A stretch of DNA of 64,000 nucleotides, taken from the NCBI GenBank assembly GCA_046292385.1, contig JBKBRF010000002.1:107643-171642 (forward strand), given 5' to 3'. Under the pieces are notes generated by a model. That model was not told the origin of the DNA and made no database searches. It was given only the letters and a program-made list of their open reading frames with translations. Position 1 is the stretch's first letter. Each line of letters starts with the position of its first letter. The stretch comes from Armatimonadota bacterium (GTDB taxonomy: Bacteria > Armatimonadota > SYMT01). Positions 57,924 to 64,000 of the stretch are shown piece by piece. A program made the translations under genes and the position numbers.

Positions 57924-58499
57924 TCAAGCGGCCGGCGGAGCGGGAGCGGCCGTCACTCCTTCCGGAGGAGTGACGTACCGCTCGATCGTGAGCATGGCGA
58001 GCAGGCGCCGGATTCTGTCTCCCCCTACGTCCCGGCCCGGCTCGCCGCGGAGCGACAGCTCGGTGATCGTGTAGAGGCGAGGTGCCCGGCGCGTCTGGTA
58101 GATGAAGGCGCGGATCTGGCGGTAGGTGCCCTTGATCTGCACCTTGGTGAGCACCGGCTTGAGCACCGCCGCCGACTTCGCGTCGGCGGTGGCCGGCGTG
58201 GCGAGATCCATGCCGCTGAGCTCGCAGCCGGTGGCGGCGGCCAGCGTCGCCAGGTCGCCCAGGAACTGGGACGGCTCCGCCTCCGTGTCGTCCGCCGCCG
58301 CCAGCTGCTCGTGCCGCGGCGGCATCGCGGCGGCCTTGAGCTCGCCCAGCTCCATCGCGAGCGTATCGGCCCTCCGGGTGACCGACTGGTAGCGGGTCCA
58401 GGTCGGGAAGACGACGAGCAGCGAGATCGCCAGGGCGGCGAGCGGCATGCCGACCGCGAGATACTGCTGGGTGCGCGCTGAGAGCTTCAGGCTGAGCAT
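57924..58499 (-). CDS. pilO: PilO-like alignment protein
   Basis: TM helix and coiled coil; IKGTYRQIRAFI...PRLYTITEL. Confidence 0.8.
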   Translation of the reverse strand: MLSLKLSARTQQYLAVGMPLAALAISLLVVFPTWTRYQSVTRRADTLAMELGELKAAAMPPRHEQLAAADDTEAEPSQFLGDLATLAAATGCELSGMDLATPATADAKSAAVLKPVLTKVQIKGTYRQIRAFIYQTRRAPRLYTITELSLRGEPGRDVGGDRIRRLLAMLTIERYVTPPEGVTAAPAPPAA

Positions 58500-58529
58500 G
58501 ATGTAACACTCCCCCCGGAACGACCCCGG

Positions 58530-60341
58530 TTACTGCTGCGGAGCTGGCGGCACGGCTGCCGACGCGCTGACCGAAAGCGCGGGGCGGCCGTTGGCGCTGC
58601 CCGCCAGGCGGAACGTAAGCCGGCCGTTGTTCCCCTTCTGGATCATCTCGATGACCGGCCGGCGGACGACCTCGCCCTGGGTGAGCTCCAGGGCGAAGCG
58701 CTCGATGCTCCGCGTGTCGAGCGCGCGGCCGCTGAGTTTCACGGTGCGACTCGTCTCCACCGCCAGGTCATCCAGCGCGATCCCCGGGATGGACGAGGCG
58801 GCGACGCGCCCCAGCACCTCCCCGGCCGGGACCTGCGACTTCTGCTGCGCCGCGCGCGCCTGCACGTGGAGCTCGTGGGCCCGCAGGATCGGCGCGCGCT
58901 CCGCCTTGATCACGCCCATCTCGAGCTGGAGGCGCGTCACCTCCGCCCGCTTCTCCATCTCGAGCACGGTGAGGATCAGCGCGGCGGTAATGCTGATCAC
59001 CAGCCAGACCCCGGCGCCGGTGAGGCTTGCCACCACCAGCTGCCGCCGGGGCGCCGGGCCTTCCATCGCGTCCCGCTCCTGCTGCGACAGGTCGAGCAGC
59101 GGCACGCCCAGGCCGATCCCCGCGGCTCCGCACGCCGCGCCGGCCGCGGCGAAGACCGGCTCGCCCTCCGGGTCGGCCACCGCGCCCGCCAGCGGCGGCG
59201 GCAGCCGCACCGTCTCCCGCAGGTTTACCGCCAGGACGGGGCAGCGCTGCGTGCCCTGCAGCGCCCGCTCGATCAGCTCCGGCGTTCCGTCGGTCCCCAG
59301 CACCACGAGCGCCCGGGGCTGCGGCTCGCCCGGATACTCGCGGGCGTAGTAGGCGATGGAGCGGGTGATCTCCGCGACGAAGCTGGAGCCGCCGCTTCCC
59401 GCGGCTGCCGCCAGGCCGACCCCGTCCTCCGGATCCTGCGCGAGAGGGACCCCGTGGAAGGTCGGCTGCCGCTCCGGCGGCGTCTGCCGGGAGCCGGAGG
59501 GAGCCGGCGCGCTCCCCACCTGCTCCTCCAGCACGAACCCTTCGTCACTCCACGCCATGGCGGGGAGCGGCGCCTCCGCCTCTTCGCGGACCGGAAGCTC
59601 TTCTCCCGGCTTGAGGCCGAGGAACGACGGACCGGCGGGGGCCGGCGTGGGATCGGGGCGCTCCAGCTTGCGCCGCTCCGCTTCCCGCCGGACGTCCTCC
59701 GCGCCGAGCGAGATCCGCCGCAGCAGGCGGACCTCCCTGCCGTCGTGGATCGCCAGGTCGCAGTGCTTCTCCGCCGGGCAGAGGATCGCCACCGGCTCCC
59801 GGGCGTCGACCGCGCTCAGGTAGGCCCGCATCAGGGCCAGCGAGTGCGGCTCCAGCGCCTCCAGCCGCAAGCCGGCGTACTGCAGCGCGTTCCGCAGGTC
59901 GTTGACCACCCCGTCGCTGGTGAAGTACGCGTAGATGTTCGCCTGTGCTTCCTTTCCCTCGTGCTTCCAGAGGAAGTCGAAGGCGCCGCGCCCGTAGGGG
60001 ATGGCGCCGGTCTGCTCCAGCTCGCCCCGCACCACCGCACGGCGGTCCCGCTCCGGGATCTCGGGCAGCCGCAGCGTCCGCATGGAGTAGTCGGCCCGCG
60101 GCAGGACCAGCGTCACCGATCGCTCGCGAATGCGCGCCTGCCGCCAGAGCGCGCGCAGCGCCTGGCCCAGGCGCGTGACATCGTGGATCGTCGTCTCGCT
60201 CACCGCGCCGTGCGGCGTGTCGATCTGCTCCCGGAGCACCACCCCCGCGCCCGAGCCGGACTGCTGGACCCGGACGACCGTAATCGTCTCCGGCGTAATC
60301 GAGAGGGCCACCGGCCCCGTGGACGAAGAGGGATTAGCCAT
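58530..60341 (-). CDS. PilM-PilN fusion protein
   Basis: PilM-like TPHGAV...LRALW, AGLRLEALE...AL.RA and EITRSIAYY; then LDL, a TM helix and a PilN-like VKLSGRAL...IERFA domain. Confidence 0.8.
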   Translation of the reverse strand: MANPSSSTGPVALSITPETITVVRVQQSGSGAGVVLREQIDTPHGAVSETTIHDVTRLGQALRALWRQARIRERSVTLVLPRADYSMRTLRLPEIPERDRRAVVRGELEQTGAIPYGRGAFDFLWKHEGKEAQANIYAYFTSDGVVNDLRNALQYAGLRLEALEPHSLALMRAYLSAVDAREPVAILCPAEKHCDLAIHDGREVRLLRRISLGAEDVRREAERRKLERPDPTPAPAGPSFLGLKPGEELPVREEAEAPLPAMAWSDEGFVLEEQVGSAPAPSGSRQTPPERQPTFHGVPLAQDPEDGVGLAAAAGSGGSSFVAEITRSIAYYAREYPGEPQPRALVVLGTDGTPELIERALQGTQRCPVLAVNLRETVRLPPPLAGAVADPEGEPVFAAAGAACGAAGIGLGVPLLDLSQQERDAMEGPAPRRQLVVASLTGAGVWLVISITAALILTVLEMEKRAEVTRLQLEMGVIKAERAPILRAHELHVQARAAQQKSQVPAGEVLGRVAASSIPGIALDDLAVETSRTVKLSGRALDTRSIERFALELTQGEVVRRPVIEMIQKGNNGRLTFRLAGSANGRPALSVSASAAVPPAPQQ

Positions 60342-60393
60342 TGCCAGTACCTGCTGAAGTAGTGGAGCGGAGATTAACGAACGGCCGAACTGC

Positions 60394-60987
60394 CTAGAGA
60401 TAACCCGCGATGCTGTTCCGGAGGTTCACCAGGGTGCTCACCGTGGTGGTGGCCGGGGGGCGGCGAGCGGTAACCGTCACCCGCACCTCGTTCGCGCTGG
60501 CGGGCGCGCCATTCACCGGCGTGTGCTCCGTGCCGCTGGACGGCTGACGGAAGTACTCGAAGGAGACGGTCTGCACGCCCTGAATGAGGGCCAGGCCCGG
60601 CGCCGCCTGGTCGGACCGCTGCGCGTACAGCACGCCTCCGGAAACGTGGAACCGCACCTCCACGGAGGAGGAGGCGGACGCGGACGGCTCCGGCACCTCC
60701 ACGATCACCTGCGCGGCGCTGCTCGTCGTCACCGGAAAGCTCGGGCTCGTGCTGGGGCTCACCACTCGAAAGCCGTGTCGCATGCCGCGAGTGGCCCGGC
60801 GGAGCGCGTCCCGCAGGTCGGTCTGAACCTGGCCGTAAGCGCCCGCCAGGCGCTGCTGCCGGAAGCCGACCTGGTACAGGTTGGCGGTCGCGGCGAGCAG
60901 GAACCCCAGGATCATCGCGGCGATCACCACCTCGGCGAGGGTCACCCCCCGGCGCCGCTTGCTCGTTCGCACGGTGCCACGCGTCAC
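60394..60987 (-). CDS. Minor pilin (PilW-like)
   Basis: RRRG|VTLAEVVIA; C-terminal TLVNLRN. Confidence 0.85.
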   Translation of the reverse strand: MTRGTVRTSKRRRGVTLAEVVIAAMILGFLLAATANLYQVGFRQQRLAGAYGQVQTDLRDALRRATRGMRHGFRVVSPSTSPSFPVTTSSAAQVIVEVPEPSASASSSVEVRFHVSGGVLYAQRSDQAAPGLALIQGVQTVSFEYFRQPSSGTEHTPVNGAPASANEVRVTVTARRPPATTTVSTLVNLRNSIAGYL

Positions 60988-60988
60988 T

Positions 60989-61465
60989 TCAGATGCCTCC
61001 GAACGTGAGCAGCGTCCGGATCCGCTCGTACTCCACGGTGCCCGCGTTATCGGTCACCTGCACCGTGAGGAGCCGCACGTCTTCCGTGTTCGCGATGCCG
61101 TCCCGGTCGATCCAGGTGCTGATCCAGCCGCGGGCGCGGTAGCCGCGGGCCTGCGCCGCGCCGGCCGGCTGGCCCTGCCGGTCGTACCACCACTCCACCG
61201 GCGTAGAGCCGGCGGCGAGCGGCGCCCCGGTCTCCGGAAGCCCGGTGTACTTGAGCGTCTTGAGCCGCTCCAGCGCGTGCACCCCCACGTAGACCCCCAT
61301 CTCGGTGACGCGCTTGGTGGCGGTCGCCTGGAGCGAGAACCGCCAGTGCGCCATCGCGCCCGTCGCGGCGAGCACCAGCAGCAGGGAGGCGATCAGCAGC
61401 TCCAGGTAGCTGAACCCGCGCCGGCGCCGCCGGGCCGGCTTTGAGAGCGAATGACCCGTCCTCAT
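60989..61465 (-). CDS. Minor pilin (PilV-like)
   Basis: RRRRRG|FSYLELLIASLLL; ATG at 61465. Confidence 0.85.
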   Translation of the reverse strand: MRTGHSLSKPARRRRRGFSYLELLIASLLLVLAATGAMAHWRFSLQATATKRVTEMGVYVGVHALERLKTLKYTGLPETGAPLAAGSTPVEWWYDRQGQPAGAAQARGYRARGWISTWIDRDGIANTEDVRLLTVQVTDNAGTVEYERIRTLLTFGGI

Positions 61466-63072
61466 CACGGCAGCTCCGTCCAGCGCTCTATGACGTAAGT
61501 CAACAGGTCGTCCGGCCCCAGCTCCGGCGCGAATTTCTCGATCGTCGTGCCGCCGGAGACGTCGACCGTCCACGCCAGCAGCGAGCCGCGCAGGTAGACG
61601 GCGCTGGTGAACGTCACCGCTCCGTACCCGGCGCCGGCGGCGGTGCGGTTGTAGGAGAGCAGGTTGACGTTGAAGGTGAACTTCGGGCCGCTGTTGCTCC
61701 CGCGGACCTGGATCCCGCCGGAATTGGCGTTGTAGATCCGAAAACGGGACGGGAACTGCGGGTACTCCATCGAGGTGAGCCGCTCGAACCGGCTTTCCTG
61801 ATCGCTGCCGCTGGAGGCGTGCCCGATCCAGAAGCGGATGTTGCGCTCCAGCGCCATGCCGGAGTTCGGGTTGGCCGGGTCGCCCTGCACCACGAGCTGC
61901 CGGCCCGCCGACACCGTGGGATCGCTCCGGTCCCCGTCGTTGAAGGTGCGGAGGAGCAGCTTGTCCGAAGGCCCCATGTTGATCCGGGTGAAGTAGTAGT
62001 TTCCCGGATAGACGCGGATGCCGTAGGGATCCTCGTCCGACGTCATCCCGAGTGCGGAATAGGTGCCGCGGCCGGAGGGCCAGGAGAGCACGTAGTCGTT
62101 CGCGGAGTTGGCGGGGCTGTAGCTGCCCGGCAGCTCCCGGATCACGCCGGTCGTCTTGTGCTGGACGAGGTAGCGCAGGCCGGTCGCGTTGTGGTTGTTG
62201 TTCCGGAACTGCTCCACCCCGGTGGTGCCGCCGCCCCACTCGTTCGCGGCTTCGTCCGCCGTCGGCAGGCCGATCGAACGGGTGTAATTCCGCAGCCATG
62301 GGTTCGCCAGCACCCCGGTGCCGACGTGGCCGACCGGGTCGTTTGGCGCGGACTGCTTCGCGTTGCCGTTCACCGGCGGTCCCGGCGGGTTGTTGTTGCC
62401 GTTCGCGTCCGCCCAGGCGGCATTTGGCCCCGCCGCCACGAGCGGACCGTCGTAGAAGACGTTGTTGTTCCCCCACTTCATGCGGCCCTCGCCGCCGGCG
62501 GCCCCCACAATATTCGCGTCGCCGCGCAGGAGCCAGGCATCGCCGCCGCTCGGACGCATGCCCCAGAGCGCCGCCCAGTCAAAGATGCTGAACGCGCGGC
62601 CGTCCCCCCGCACGCGCCGGACGGTGCCGCGGCAGTAGCCGTACGCCACGATCGTGACGAACGCGCCGGGGGTACCGACGTGCCCCACGCAGTAGCCGGA
62701 GTCGGTGGAGCCGGGTGGGAACGGGATGAACGCCGGGGTGGAGCTGGTGGAGTAGGTGCCGTTCTGCACGCCGGTGCGGAACTCGTCCAGCGTCGGCATC
62801 GCCGCGAACTGCGCGAAGCTGGGGATCGTCCCCGCATTCGTCCCGGTGCCCGCCCCCTTGCTCAAGAGGCTGACGTAGGCGTTCAACCCCGCCTCCGCAT
62901 ACTGCAGAGCGCGCTCGTAGTCGCGGTTCGGGCGAGAGGCGCCGAGCTGGGAGAGTGTCTGGATCTGCATCCCGGCCACGAGCATCACCAGGCCCAGGAT
63001 CAGCGACAGCGCCACCACCAGCACCTGGCCGCGGCGGGTCCTGCTCTTCGATTGGACAGCACGGCTGGTCAT
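61465..63072 (-). CDS. PilX-like minor pilin with large Gly/Asn/Thr-rich (adhesin-like) domain
   Basis: RRG|QVLVVAL; ALQYAEAGL; C-terminal IERWTEL. Confidence 0.82.
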   Translation of the reverse strand: MTSRAVQSKSRTRRGQVLVVALSLILGLVMLVAGMQIQTLSQLGASRPNRDYERALQYAEAGLNAYVSLLSKGAGTGTNAGTIPSFAQFAAMPTLDEFRTGVQNGTYSTSSTPAFIPFPPGSTDSGYCVGHVGTPGAFVTIVAYGYCRGTVRRVRGDGRAFSIFDWAALWGMRPSGGDAWLLRGDANIVGAAGGEGRMKWGNNNVFYDGPLVAAGPNAAWADANGNNNPPGPPVNGNAKQSAPNDPVGHVGTGVLANPWLRNYTRSIGLPTADEAANEWGGGTTGVEQFRNNNHNATGLRYLVQHKTTGVIRELPGSYSPANSANDYVLSWPSGRGTYSALGMTSDEDPYGIRVYPGNYYFTRINMGPSDKLLLRTFNDGDRSDPTVSAGRQLVVQGDPANPNSGMALERNIRFWIGHASSGSDQESRFERLTSMEYPQFPSRFRIYNANSGGIQVRGSNSGPKFTFNVNLLSYNRTAAGAGYGAVTFTSAVYLRGSLLAWTVDVSGGTTIEKFAPELGPDDLLTYVIERWTELP

Positions 63073-63111
63073 CTCTCGGTACCTGTCCCTGGAGAAGCAC
63101 GAGAGGCCGCT

Positions 63112-63143
63112 GCGGCCCGCCGGGGGCTTCCCCGGCGGGCTGC
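63112..63143. terminator. Strong hairpin between the major pilin and minor pilin genes
   Basis: GCGGCCCGCCGGGG-GCTT-CCCCGGCGGGCTGC, with a second hairpin at 63200-63226. No U-tract, so it may attenuate or stabilise rather than terminate. Confidence 0.5.
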
Positions 63144-63285
63144 GGCGCGGTCCCTCTACTAGATGCCGCTCGCAGCGAGGATGTGCAGTGGCGCGAGGAG
63201 CCGGGCCGCCCCTCTAGCGGCCCGGCCGGTGTGGAGTGGAAGGCTCCGCGGCACCTACCCGGTGCCGCGGAGAGCGAGGCGGGCT

Positions 63286-63765
63286 CTACGGGAGGCCCGG
63301 TTCGGCTGCCGGGGCTGCCATCTCACGCTGCCAGTTCGTCGGATCTTGGTCAAGTGCCGCGGCATGGGCCGCAACATTGGCAGCGGTGCAAGAAATGGTG
63401 ATGGCTCCAGCGTTGTCGGTTACGGTGTACGTTGAAGTTCCATCCAGCGGGCAAAAGGTTGGACCGGAGAGTCCTTCCGGAGCGCCGACGAGACCACCAG
63501 TCGGAGTGGTACCATCGCCAGGATCGCTGTAATCGGTGGTGGCTACAGCTGCACCGGTCAGGTATGTGCCCCATCGAAGCGCAAATGCGGACTCGGCCGC
63601 AGCGATGGCTGCGATGTTGCCCTTGCAGGCGCGGGCCGCGGAGGAGCGGCGGGTGTTGATGTAGAGCGGGACGGCGACCGCGGCCAGCACGGCGATCACC
63701 AGCACGACTGCCAGGAGCTCCACCAGCGTGAAGCCACGGCGAGTCTTGTTCGAACGATGCGTCAT
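63286..63765 (-). CDS. Type IV pilin, probable major pilin
   Basis: [35 protein letters not shown]; short globular domain with Cys residues; first gene of the cluster. Confidence 0.88.
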   Translation of the reverse strand: MTHRSNKTRRGFTLVELLAVVLVIAVLAAVAVPLYINTRRSSAARACKGNIAAIAAAESAFALRWGTYLTGAAVATTDYSDPGDGTTPTGGLVGAPEGLSGPTFCPLDGTSTYTVTDNAGAITISCTAANVAAHAAALDQDPTNWQREMAAPAAEPGLP

Positions 63766-64000
63766 TCTCTTCTCCCTCTTGATCACAGGCGGGCGAGAGA
63801 GCCGGGCGCTACTACTCCTTCCCCATTGGAAGGCTCCGCCACGTCCCCGCCGCTTCAATCAGAGGATGCCCGCTGGCGCAGGGAATTCCGGTGTCATAAC
63901 AGCGTCGAAAATATGTCAGTGCGGTGCCCCTCTCGCAGTGCCCGGTACGCGCGCCGGGGGGGGGGGGGGTGGGGGGGGTTTCCCAGGGGGAGAGCAAGAC

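Noticed and set aside
403..63162. Many long antisense or alternative-frame ORFs (e.g. 3317-6421, 21746-24583, 52762-54624, 61441-63162)
   Set aside because: They are shadow ORFs of GC-rich genes: Arg/Pro/Gly-rich, with no family motifs, and they overlap well-supported genes.
63868..63900. AGGGAATTCCGGTG resembling a cobalamin riboswitch start
   Set aside because: It lacks the following AATCC and GCCACTG/B12-box elements and points away from the adjacent gene.

Overview
A very GC-rich bacterial chromosomal segment. The DUF1559/H-X9-DG prepilin-like genes with the [12 protein letters not shown] motif, together with DUF1501, DUF1080, ThuA and the DUF3084-YqgF pair, suggest Armatimonadota or a similar lineage (inference). 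About 54 genes are supported. They include an RND efflux operon (TolC-MFP-AcrB) with a P-II-like partner, housekeeping genes (dtd, truB-ribF, mutM, csp, fucI, ipdC-like), an orphan N6-adenine methyltransferase, a low-GC VapBC-type toxin-antitoxin pair, a two-component system and two separate type IV filament loci. One locus has PilC, PilB and seven pilin-like genes; the other has a major pilin, minor pilins, a PilM-PilN fusion, PilO, a PilP-like protein and a secretin. The strongest hidden signal is at 11426-12415 (-). Two adjacent ORFs there read as one AhpD/peroxidase-related protein with an in-frame TGA at the second Cys of the CxxC motif (NRCKF-U-VGAH), followed by a SECIS-like hairpin. 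This predicts a selenoprotein fused to a Cys-less thioredoxin-like domain and a possible signal peptide, directly behind a DUF1559 pilin-like gene. Intergenic spaces carry several REP-like and short tandem repeat families, one of which brackets the whole first pilus operon. No rRNA, tRNA, CRISPR array or transposase was recognised. All family assignments come from motif recognition by eye, not from database searches.
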